A stretch of 64,000 nt of DNA from Nemertoderma westbladi (taxonomy: Eukaryota; Animalia; Xenacoelomorpha), in the NCBI GenBank assembly GCA_032718475.1, contig JAUCBJ010008517.1, positions 1-64,000 of the forward strand, in the 5' to 3' direction. Below are positions 1-11,135 of this stretch, piece by piece. Within the stretch, counting starts at the first letter, position 1. The number at the start of each line of letters is the position of its first letter. The position numbers and the translations under genes were made by a program. Below the pieces are notes generated by a model. The model was not told the DNA's origin. It was given only the letters and a program-made list of their open reading frames with translations, and did not search any database.

Positions 1-358
1 AGAGTTGTGTAATAGCCAGTATAGCTTCAGAAATACAAAACCAAACACAAAATGTACAGTTTGACAATTTTTTACTTGTACTTTTCGTCCTGGGGGGCCA
101 AAATAGCACCAAAAATAATTGATGCAGTGCCAGAAAATATTTTTAACAAGTTTTATCGTGGTCAGCGTCCTCGAATTCCCTTATACCATAAGTATATAAG
201 TCATTAGCACAATTACTTGCCCCCACCCCCCCCCCCCCCCCCCCCCGGACCAATTAAGTACTGCAGTACTCTACTACTACTACTAGGATCGGCATGCTGC
301 ATTGCAGCTGCATTTTTAAGAATGCAGTACTATAGCCCGGGCCAGATAGAAGAGAGGG
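1..358. mobile_element. End of a TTAA-flanked (piggyBac-like) MITE, same family as 4526-5356 in opposite orientation
   Basis: cttttcgtcctggggggcc (~81-99) is the near reverse complement of ggtcccccaggacgaaaag (~4709-4727). The element ends ...gagaggg followed by TTAA at 359-362. Confidence 0.6.
271..322 (-). mobile_element. Extreme 3' end of an RTE-clade LINE with (TAG)n tail
   Basis: Reverse complement of 22446-22506 (gcagctgcaatgcagcatgccgatcctagtagtag). Flanked by the direct repeat tgcagtact at 262-270 and 323-331. Confidence 0.75.
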
Positions 359-1454
359 TTAAACGTACCGGTAAATCAGGATCACAGTAGTAACTGAATA
401 TGAAGAATCTCTTAATTCCGCATCAAACACATAGTAGAGTAGAGTAAAATAAAGTAACTCTGTTCCTCAAATTAAACGACACTATATTCCAGGATAGTTA
501 ATAATAATTCCCCTAAATAATATCAGTTCCTCATTATATTGAAGTCGTATTCATGATCACGCATTGTCTTACTTGAGATCCCCCGAAAGGGCCGATATGT
601 CCTCGGGGATATGTATAAGATAAATAACTGGCCCACTAAATTTAGGGGCTCTGCAGCAGCTTGACGGGTCGTATCTATAGTAGGTCATGTTTGGAGTTGA
701 ATAAATCAGTGAATCTTTGGTGAAATCAACCCAAACTTGGTGAACAATATGTAATCGGAAAGTCTGGAATTGAGTTTATCTTGGGGATCTAAGCAGTTCT
801 TGAGTAGCCAGATAGAGGACGACTGGAAAGAAAGAAATAGTGGAACGCTTCTGAAACGTTTGTTTACTTGGTCCTGTGCGAAAGCCACACCGCACGTGTT
901 TCATATAATCCTATCGTAAAAGTTGGGGTAGATTCTGTCCCCTATTATTTAGAAATACTATCCATTAATAATTATTAGTAGAAAAAACATAAACCAATAA
1001 GGAAACACTGAATTTGTTCGGATAATATTGAGCGCCGCCGTTGATAACATATTTTGTGGCAGAACATTTATTTTTACTAAAAAGAAAGAAAATATAAAAA
1101 AATACGAAAATTGTGATTTCAACTCAAAAAATTGTGGCAACGGAACTCAAAAAAACTAAGTGGGAATTAATAGAAACGATTTGAAACGCTTATTAGCAGA
1201 GAAAGTCTGTTAGTTGGAAAAATAATGAGGGAAAATACGTGAAAGAAACAATTTAGTGAGTTCCATATGAATAATAAATAAATATACATGTGAAATAAAT
1301 AGAGAAGAGTTTAACTGGGTCTGTTGGATAAATCTAATGAAAGTCGCATTGATAAATATAAAAGTTCCAGAATAATTATAGATATTGCTAGGCAACATCC
1401 AATTAGAAGAGGCGTTCGCCTTCCACATCCCCGCAGTCGCTAGGCGACATCCAA

Positions 1455-2770
1455 TCAGGAGAATCTCTCGTAGACGGGGTTCTGGTAGTTGAGACTACTC
1501 ATAGTTACGCCGCCTAGCCGCATCCTAGAGAACCGATTGGGCCACCGTTTCCTGGCCCACAGGACCCCCGCCACCGCCACAACCACCACAATCACCACCG
1601 CCACCACCACCCCGACGATCACACCGGTGTTGCTACCGGCAAAGGCGGCGGCGGGGGGGATCGCGTCGCCAACGCAACGCGGCGTGGGGTGATTCCAGTT
1701 GCCCCCGGCAACGCAAACCGAAAGAGATGCGCCATCTAGCGTCGCTCCCGCGTAACAAGTGAATCGAACGCGCGAACCAATAACAACGCCCCCTTCGTTG
1801 AAAGTGACGTCACGCGAAGCGGGAACACCCGCGGTGACGTCGCTAGCCGGGGCGACCGTCGCGGTCCCGTTTACTAGACGCGGCGCCACGCAGACGGGCC
1901 CGGCGTAACGGCATTCAGGGACTTTATGATTCCAACCACCGCTGGGTTGGCACTCGAGAATCGGATCGCCGACGAGTTTATAGAAACGGTCGCAGTGGAA
2001 TTGGTAGCGAGCGCCGACGCTGAGCGGGTGGCTGCCGGCGTCCGCGGTTGTCCCCATCGGGTTCATGGCACCGTTGGGGATCCCGGACTGGAACTCGGGG
2101 CAATCGCCGCCCCGCTCCGAGACGCACCTGGGGAAGGTGGAGGTCCAGGCGCTGCGAGCCGTGCAGGTGATGTTGGGTTGGTGGTCGCTGGTGGTCGGGT
2201 AGTCGAGGTGGAACCCGGAGTAGCAGAGGAAACCCACCGAGTCGCCGGGGTGGTACACCGTGTTGTACGGCGAGTTGGGGAACTCGGGACTCGAGTCGTT
2301 GTTGTTGTTATTCCCCGGGGCTATTAGATTGAATATCAATCCGTGGGGCAACCCGACCGTGGGGAGTTCGCACTCGGAATGCGGGTTGGTGGCGGTGTGC
2401 GAGTCGGCGCCGTAGAGATTCAATAGAATACGGAAGCCGTAGTGTTCGCTGCTCGCGTCCGACCGGAAGTAGATCTGCAACGTGTTGCTAAGCGATATGA
2501 ACGAGGGGGGTAGATGCGAGGTGTTAATGGCCGCCGAGCCGCACCAACGGCCGACCAATCCGGGCTCGTCCAGCAGCGTACGGGGCGTAGAGGGCGGCCC
2601 TTCGCGCCGCACGGTGGGTTCCTCCGGGGAGTCCCACGCCTCGACCCAGTCGTAGCAGGACTGGAACCGAGGCGCCTCTAGCGAGATGTATTCGAACTCG
2701 AAGTGGATTCGGGACCCGTTAGGGGCCGTTACGTTCCAACGGCAGAACTCGTTGGTGTCATATGTCGCCG
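1455..2770 (-). CDS. Coding exon 2 (terminal) of CUB/Sushi type-I membrane protein: rest of the last CUB, three Sushi/CCP domains, TM helix, NPxY tail
   Basis: Acceptor TTTTGTGTCTCCCCTTAG|CG at 2771/2770 is phase 1 and matches the exon 1 donor. CUB motifs (CRWNVTAP, CYDWVE, FRSDAS..GF), CCP C-C-W-C patterns, hydrophobic VIVGVVVAVVIVVVVAVAGVLW followed by a basic stretch, and YQNPVY. The ORF-track N-terminus (2906-2771) is intronic. Confidence 0.9.
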
Positions 2771-2954
2771 CTAAGGGGAGACACAAAATATTCATATTAT
2801 GACATAAAAAAATATTACGCAACATGTTATATTCTTGTTTCAGTGTTTGGAACATCATAAAAAAAACATATAAAACAAAAACATTCGTTAAACTGGCCTC
2901 CATCATATTATATAATTCAGTAGGTAGAATGTGATGACATAATGTAGCAAAAAA

Positions 2955-3960
2955 AGCAAACAGTCGGCCGAGGCGAACCTTAGAATATTAATTCAACTCT
3001 ATCCCAGCCTACTCTACGTAGACTAGAACTTTATACGGCGGTGGAGGTCAACTAGAGTCCATAGGAAACTTTTGTATACGAGTTTTAGCTTAGCTAAATA
3101 GTTTGTTACAATATTATTCGCCATGTGACTTAGTATAGCTTATTGTATGAACTTCTGCGAACTAGTTTCATGTGATATAGATTATATGACACGTTCATTC
3201 ATATAACATTTAATCACAAAGTCTCACCCATTCTGATATTCTCCCAGAGCAGGGGTTCTCCAAAAGCTCGAATAACAGGTTGGTTGGACTGACAAACATT
3301 CGGGAATCGGTCTCCAATGTCTTACTCTACCTACCCCAACTGGGGCCTTCGCGCAGCACGTGACATTGACTTTTGTTAGAGACAACTCGAAAGAAATATA
3401 AGCAAATTCCAACCAGATGTGACCTAACAGCTCTACCACCTACAGAAGAGGCAGACTGGGTCCCTGCAGTGCCGATTTAAGACCTCACAAACCTCAGCCC
3501 GAGGTCTAGAATATATGTGCCAGATATCAATCAGGTAGAAAGGATTATAAACAACGAAATGGCTGAATGTTTTCATTTCAGCCCACTAGCGGTAGACTGG
3601 AGAACTGCCGATGGATTACCCTCCCAATAAAGACGCTGCCTATGGATGCTCTACGGTCTAGCATGTATATCTGCTGAGTTTCCGCTTGAACAGATGAAAA
3701 ATAACATGAGAGAAGGTTTTCAGATACTTCGACCTCTAGCGGCAAACAGTAGAAGTGTAGATGGAGTACCGCCCCAATGCCAAGTTTCAGCCTAACCGGA
3801 TTAAAATCAAGCCACACCGGTTAAACCCTTAGAGGCAGACTGGAAAACTGCAGACCGATCACCTTCTTCATAAAGACGCAACATGTGGTCTGGTACATAT
3901 ATTCCAAGATTCAGCTCAAACACATTAAGATCAAGGAATTCTAAAGAATAAAATGAAATC
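2955..3960. repeat. Interspersed repeat with degenerate ~120-bp internal subrepeats, shared with 19360-19915
   Basis: Recurring cores cctctagcggcagactgg / gcctatg...tagatg / aagtttcagcct are present in both regions. Confidence 0.55.
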
Positions 3961-4224
3961 TAATATTGCGCATAACATCTTTACAGCACTCTCTCAGTAT
4001 ATATCTGGCACGAAACGATTCAACTTTCTGGGATAGGCCAACTAAGCATTGTAGTTTTTAGTACAGTATGGGTTCATAGTTCTTAATAAAAATATTATAA
4101 TCTTGGTAAAGTGCATTAGCACCAGCGAGTAATCAAGAATGAAATACGTGCATGTGGGTGTGTGTACTGTGTATGTATGCACTATGCATGTAGTACTTGT
4201 GGCTGGTTTCGTATTGCTCAAGTG

Positions 4225-5887
4225 TAGCGATGTCCCGGAATCGATATTTTGATTCCGACCGGAACCGGAATTCAATATATTCGGAATATTCCGGCCGGAA
4301 CCGGAATTTTTAAATGAAATTGATTTTGAAGTGAAATACACTAAATAACCATTATCCTTTATATTTTTTTGTGAAATATACGTATTTTTTTGAATTTCTA
4401 AAGCCAAGTTTACTAATGATATCAATCAGCTCCACGGCCCCCCAGTTCTGGTGTGAGAGTGGCCTGGCCCAGAAGTAGGAGAAATTGATTATTGGGCTGG
4501 AGGAGGGGTTATTTGGGGGCCTTAACCCTATCTGGCCAGGTCTATTTTTACTAATTGGCCCTGGGTGGGTTGTCATTTTTGGAATTTTTTTAGATCTTGG
4601 CTAAAAAATTAAAATTTTGTGGTATAAGGGTTTTCGAGGTCGCTGATCACTTGATTCTTGTTAAAAAAGTTTTCTGGCATTGCAGCCATCATTTTGTTGC
4701 ACTACTCTGGTCCCCCAGGACGAAAAGTAACATGTGAAAAATTTTCAAACTAACGAACGTTGAGTTTGGATTGATAATTCTGAAGCTAGGGAAGTGTAAA
4801 CATTACATTTTTATCAATTTGTAATACTGGTACTACTTGTATTTTTCGTGCCAAATTGGCACATGTCCAAAAATGCCAACAATGAATCGGGTATGATATG
4901 ATATGAGTGTCATATTCATGATCAGCATCCCGGAAAGCCCCTAATGTCATAAAATTAGTTTGATTTGTGGTGATTTTTCATTATCATATTTGCACTACTT
5001 GTTTTTTTCATGCCCCGCGTCACATTCAAAATTACTAGAAATTTTCTCGTATGTTATATCTGAGTTCTATAATCATGATCAGCATCTAAAAAAACCGCTA
5101 TATACCGCAAATAAATTATTTTTATCGAGCTATTAAAACTTTTGAAAAAATTTTCGCGCGAAAATTACTGGAAATGAGTGCCAGAATGGGACAACACGAA
5201 AACGAACAAAGCTATGTTTTTGGCGTTTGTGCTGGTGGACAGCCCATTAAATTTTAGGAAAAGCGAAATTTGGGTTTTCCCACCATACTTGGCTTTTTAA
5301 AGATACAGTTGAGTTTCAAAAAAATTTCTAAAATTACCACCCCGGACCAAATAGGGTTAAACGACATGGAATTCGATCTCATTAATTCCAAAAACCCATA
5401 ACCTTGGCCAAAAGGCTTTGGTTCAATATCCTGGTGTCGTTAATGGAATGGAGCAGGTTACAGTGACATGTAATTATGACCAAATCAATAAACGAGAGTC
5501 AAAATTACATGTTACAATTTAATTTTTGCTGGGAATAAATATATTTTTGGTAAGAAATATATTTTCTGTATAAATAAAACTACTGTATTACGCAACACCT
5601 AAGGCTAATGACGCAGGACCTAATTAAGCAACATAGTCATAAAGGACCCTTTTGTAAATGAGTTCCAGCTTTACGGGTAATACGATGTTATGTTGGACAA
5701 TACCTATTATAATATTGTTATTGTTTTTACATAATGTGGGATAATAATTTCACAAACTAATTGAAACTAGTTAGTAAACTGGTAATTCCGCTAAAATTCC
5801 GGCCGGAATTGACCCAATTCCGACGGAACCGGAATCTGACATAAACCACCGGAATTCCGGCCGGAACGGAATTCCGGGACAACCCTA
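4225..5887. mobile_element. Non-autonomous hAT-like DNA transposon carrying nested insertions
   Basis: TIRs TAGCGATGTCCCGGAAT / ATTCCGGGACAACCCTA (15/17 match). Perfect 8-bp TSD ctcaagtg at 4217-4224 and 5888-5895. CCGGA-rich subterminal repeats. Confidence 0.85.
4526..5356. mobile_element. piggyBac-like MITE nested inside the hAT element
   Basis: TTAA|CCCTATCTGGCC ... GGACCAAATAGGG|TTAA termini. Confidence 0.7.
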
Positions 5888-6519
5888 CTCAAGTGGTTCT
5901 GTTTTCTCTAATAATTGTGTTAATTTTTTCCACTAGCTTATTGCAGCTAGTGTAAACGTACTCCAGTGGTGGCGGGTCAGGTACTCCAACATTATTAATT
6001 TGTAATCCTCGGCCCAAAAGGGTGCTTATAGTTATAATAAGCATTACGCATGATGCCCAATTGGGTTCAATAAAATAGATGTTAAACTAACTAAACTAAT
6101 GGGGAAGGACAGCTAATTAATTATCTGGTACAAATTTGCCAAATTTCAGTTTAAACCGATTATAAGCAAAGAAATTGGAGGACATTACTTTTAATGTTTG
6201 GACATGTAGCCCTCTACTAGGAGACTATTGAACTGGATGGTGTCTGAAAGTCTCAAAAAAATCTCAACTTTTTTGTTTTATTGATGCCTCCAAATTTTAA
6301 ACTCGACAGCTTTAAATCCGACAAAGTTATTAGCATGTCAGTTACGCCAGTTCTCGGCACACTGACTACTGAGTAGAGATAAACAACCAATTACTTTCAT
6401 TTTCCAAATCATCTGTATACTGTAGTACAGTTAGGCCAAGGCCTACTAGAAGACCTTCTAGTAAGCCTTGCGTTAGGCCTCAATAGCAGAGCTAATTGGC
6501 CAAAATTTTGAAACATTTT

Positions 6520-7267
6520 TTTTCTTATTTCAATTTTAAAATTTACCCATCTAGAACAGAATTTAATGTAGATTCCAAAAATCGACCTGAATCAAATCCT
6601 ATCAAAACTTATAAGCATTAATCTGGTCACATACAACAAATGCGGCTAAAGACTTTTGGGGCGATTTCGGATCATGGGAATTTATTCGCAATCGCCTTTA
6701 CAAAGGTACACACATATCAAAAACTATATAAAAGATATTAACATTACATTTTCACACAATATGTAGCACATGTTGGGGCAATAACATAACCAAAAGTTTC
6801 ATCTCATTTGCAATATTGGTCGAATGGGTGTTTTTTTTAATGAAATGTCTATTACTCGACCAATTTTGCAAATGAGATGAAACTTTTGGTTATGTTATTG
6901 CCCCAACATGTGCTACATATTGTGTGAAAATTTCATGTTAATAACTTTTGTAGTTTTCCACATATGTGTACCTTTGTAAAGGCGAATGCGAATAAATACC
7001 CATGATCCGAAATCGCCCCAAAAGTCTTTAGCCGCATTTGCTGTATGTGACCAGATTAATGCTTATAAGTTTTGATAGGATTTCATGGAATTTGAAAAAT
7101 AACGGACCGCCTTGAAAAATTTCACAGAAAAATTGACAACTTTTGATTGTTTGATATTCAGGTCATGGGACCTTGATTTTTGGAATCTACGTCAAATTTT
7201 GCATCAGATGATATGTTTTAAGAAATTCAGGAATTCCAATTTTTTGGTGTGTGACCGACCACCTTAA
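6520..7267. mobile_element. Foldback MITE with a long internal palindrome
   Basis: About 230-bp near-perfect inverted arms (~6595-6823 and ~6857-7083) with weaker outer arms. The right end ...gaccgaccacct|taa lies about 17 bp from the exon 1 donor. Confidence 0.75.
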
Positions 7268-7284
7268 TACGACCTGCTACTAAC

Positions 7285-10120
7285 CATTAGTATCGAAAGG
7301 GTACTGAATCGTAGACGTATTTACGGACGCATTTAACGCCACCTGCCTGACACACCCGGAATTATCGTAGCAAACTGGGGGAATTAAATTCCAGAATCCC
7401 CCGTCCTGGCAAGTCAAGTTGACTTCCTTCACCATCCGGTTGAAAACCACACCATGTGGACATCGGTAGGTCACAACGTCCCCAACCTGGAAGGTTGTAA
7501 CGTCCCCCGCGCCGGTCCCGCCAGCCCCCGTCCGGGACGCAACGCCACCCACGACCGGGTCTCGCGTCCCCCCGACTCCGGCCGGACCCGGATCCGCGCA
7601 GGAATCCCTCCCGGTCGCCAGCTGCCGGTAATTCATCCGCCAACCGACTCCGTTATTCGTCGAATCCGTGTGGAAATAAACCGCGACCGAATCGTACACG
7701 GACGCGAAAACTGACTCGGCGGCGGCCGCGTCGCAGACTACTCTAGATGGCCGGGGCGCCGTGCCATTTGGATACAGAACAACCGGGGTGCTGCCCGACT
7801 CCTTAACGAGAACCAACTTATCTACTCCGTAGTCGTCGTAGATGTTAACGTAATCGTATCGACAGAAACCATTCGGTTGAGCCTCGAAACCCCTCCAATG
7901 GAACTGGAGTTCCACTCGCCAACCACTAGAGGCGCTAATAGTCCACAGACAGTCAAGGTTCTCCGGGTAACTAGCCCCGTCGTCCTTGGATGGAGAGTCT
8001 ATCGATTGGAACTGTTCGGTTATCTTTACACTGCCCCCACAGACGCGGCATTCAGGCGGCGGGCCGGACCACATCCCGGTAGAGTTGCAACTAACAACGG
8101 CCTTCCCGACGAGATAGTAACTGGTGTTACACCGGTAGGAGACGATGGAATCCACATCGAACTTACTCGAGGGTTTAACCGACGGCGGGAGTATAAGATG
8201 CCCAAGGCCGGAGGTTATAGGAGGGGGCGGGGGGCATTGTGGGGGGATTCGCGCGCAGGAAGGGGGCTTCCCGGTCCAGGTGGAGAACACGGTGCAATTA
8301 ATCTGGGACGATGTACCCCGAGTGTCCGAGATATAGAAACCCGCGGGACACGAGTAATCGATAGAGGAGCCATTGGTAAACCCATCGGGTTGGATGTCCG
8401 ACGGGTTACGGATAGGGTTGGTGACCCCGAGTTGGGGTTTATTCGGGACGACAACATCGTCGGATTCGCCGTCCGGGTCCCGACAACGTCTGTCAGCCTT
8501 CTCGGCGCCGACCGCCTTGTATTTAATCTCGAATCCGTCGTTGTTTACAGAGAAGTCGGAGTGGAAGTACAACATAACGTCCGGGGTTAGAGAAACTATA
8601 CGTTTCGGGTACAAAGTCCCGCAATATCGACCGATTCGGTTTTCAGCAAAGTAGACAACCGCCTGGTTGCTCCCGTTCACATTATACCCATTCCACCCGT
8701 CGTAAATTTCAAGGAAATCGTAATTACAATCCTCGTGGCTCTCCATCCAGAAACTCACGAACTCCAGTTCGATGACGTGTTTAGTCGGCGCGCGAATCCG
8801 CCAGATACAGTTGGAGTTGGCACTGTAACCGACGCCAGGGAGATCGGAAGGGGCGAACAGAGATGGGGTGTCCGGGATCCGGGCGTCCGGACCTTCGGAG
8901 GGGACCTCCAACATTAGGAGGTCCCCGCATGGGGCCACGCACACAGGAGGGACCCCCGGTTCCCACAGCATAGAGGAGCGACAAACCATCTGGGGAACTG
9001 CCCCCGTACGCAACTTATACCCCGGTTCGCAGGTGTAATTCAACATGAAACCCTCGGGGAAACCTTCCTGGTTGATCTCCGAGGGCACGCGGTTCCGTGA
9101 CGTCATAGATAATGAGGCGGGAGAGTCGGGATCAGGGCATAACACCGGCTGACTCTCGGGGAAGAATTCAACACTCCCAGAGAATCCAAACTCGTTCATA
9201 CTCGCGTCTGTGTGCATCAACAAGGTCATGCGATTGGCCTCGGAGGCCAAAGTAATCGGATCCAACGACCCGCATAGCTTCCGGATTAATCCGTTCTCGG
9301 AAACTTCGGATGTCTGCATCTCAGAATCCGTTAGCTCCCGGGTGTAGATAGACAGCCAGTCGTAACTACAGTTGGCGACTAACTCCAGATGGAATGAATC
9401 TAAAGTTAATTTAACTCGGAATCCAACCGGGGCCGAAATAATCCACAAACAGTTAGAAGAATGGTGGTATTTATCGTCGGAGTTCTTATAGGATTCAATT
9501 GATTTGCTCTCAGACGAGGAATCTATCAGGGTTAGACAAGGGAGGCAATCGGGGCGGCTCGATGGGAAGGAGGAGTTCTGCCATGTCCAGGAGGAATCCT
9601 GGCAGGTCAACCTCTCTCCGTCCCCAGGGTATTCCACGCGGTAACCGAGGGTGCAGACCAGCTGGACGGAGGACCCCGTACCAAACCATTTAATGTCGGT
9701 GTCGGATACATCCTGTCCGATTGTTTCGTAGCGGCCGCCGGTTACGGGAGGAGGCGAACTGCAACTACCAGCGGGACGAGCCGGCTCGCAGACAGAAGTG
9801 TACGGGGAGGGGGGCTGACCATCCTGTACACTCCAGTCCACGGTGTTATTATCGGGATCGAGGGAACAGAGAATCGTGTATTTACCTGGGTTAGTAGAAG
9901 TACATTGGATGGTTAGGTTGGAACCGACAGGATATGTGGTGTTCGAAGCATCCGCTATCGTCCCATGTGTGACGGTAGATGGTTGGGAGCAGGTTGGCGA
10001 TGGAGCTGGGGTGGAGGTGTTGTTCCCAGTGGGTGTGCCCGGGTTGGTGGGGACCGCATCGGGGCGGACAGGGCTCGCCGTTAATGATAATAAAATAAGT
10101 AAAATAAATGAGTTTAACAT
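7285..10120 (-). CDS. Coding exon 1 of CUB/Sushi type-I membrane protein (SEZ6/CSMD-like architecture)
   Basis: Signal peptide MLNSFILLILLSLTASPVRP. Alternating CCP and CUB domains (CLWIISAP..CSYDWL; CIWRIRAP..CNYDFLEIYDG..FHSDFS; CLWTISA..CRYDYVNIYD). Phase-1 donor AATG|GTTAGT at 7285/7284. Spliced CDS is 2836+1316=4152 nt, i.e. 1383 aa. Confidence 0.9.
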
Positions 10121-10401
10121 TTTGCAGTTTTGTTTCGGTTATTTGGTTGTTGGTGTTATTAGAGTACAGCAGTATTACACGAAAAGGCCTACTGGAATAG
10201 GCCTACCTGCAGTACTGCAGTAGCCTGACTGGAATACTTAGTACATACTGACATAGACTGATAGAGCTGTAGAGCGCGCCGGCGCGGCAGTTAGATTTTA
10301 GTGTGCTGCACCCACACTACACAGCTACAGCACCTGTAACCTGTGTCCATATGCCATACAGTCATAACCACAAATTCAACTGTATATCGACCGGTCTGCG
10401 C

Positions 10402-10937
10402 CAGGCTGCAAATGGAGTGCAAAAATCGCAACGCGTTGTGTGCGGTTTTGAAATAGTCACCAAAAGTGCGCGGTAATCTGTGCAAAATATTAAAAGTCCA
10501 AGTGCGCGGATGAGGTGTAAAAAAAGTTATAACGTGTGTGCAAAACTGCAATTTAATGAGAAAAATAATTAGCCATAAAAAATTTCACTCGCTTCGCTCG
10601 CGTTTTTTTTCATTTTAGACCTGCTGACGTACATGCTACATACACAAATTTAAAATTTCACTCGCGTTTCGTTTTCATTTTACATTGTTAAAATGAAAAA
10701 TTTCGCTCACGATTTTTTGTCATTTTGCATTGCTTAAATTAATTTTTTTGTTTCTTTACGTTAATAAATAATACTTTTTTTGATTTATTTATTTATTCGT
10801 ATGTTTTTGTGAATTTAATTGTTTTTCAGCTTGGTGTGCGCATTTCTTCAGTCCATGCGCGGTATATTGTCAGTTATTGCTCGGCTGAAAAACTGTGCGC
10901 GGGCATTGTGCGCGTTTCAGTTGTGGTTTGCACCCTG
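10402..10937. mobile_element. Probable hAT-like MITE
   Basis: Termini CAGGCTGCAAA / TTTGCACCCTG. The internal ttcgctcgcttcgctcgc-type motif also occurs at ~12450. TSD unclear. Confidence 0.55.
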
Positions 10938-11135
10938 GGATCTGCGGCAGTGCGGGCACTGACTGACAGAAAAGTATTATATATCTGTAGGCCTATTGCC
11001 TATTACCGGTACGAAAAATACAGTATTTTCAAATTTGTTGACTTTGTTTAAAGAGAAAATGGAGTGAAATTAAATTAGATAACGAGTCAAACTGTCAAAG
11101 GAGTTAAATCTTAGCACTTAGTATACTGATAACTG

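Noticed and set aside
7362-10223. Overlapping alternative-frame and antisense ORFs over the CUB/Sushi exons (also 1489-2327 and 41946-42918)
   Set aside because: Expected by-products of GC-rich coding sequence, with no recognisable motifs.
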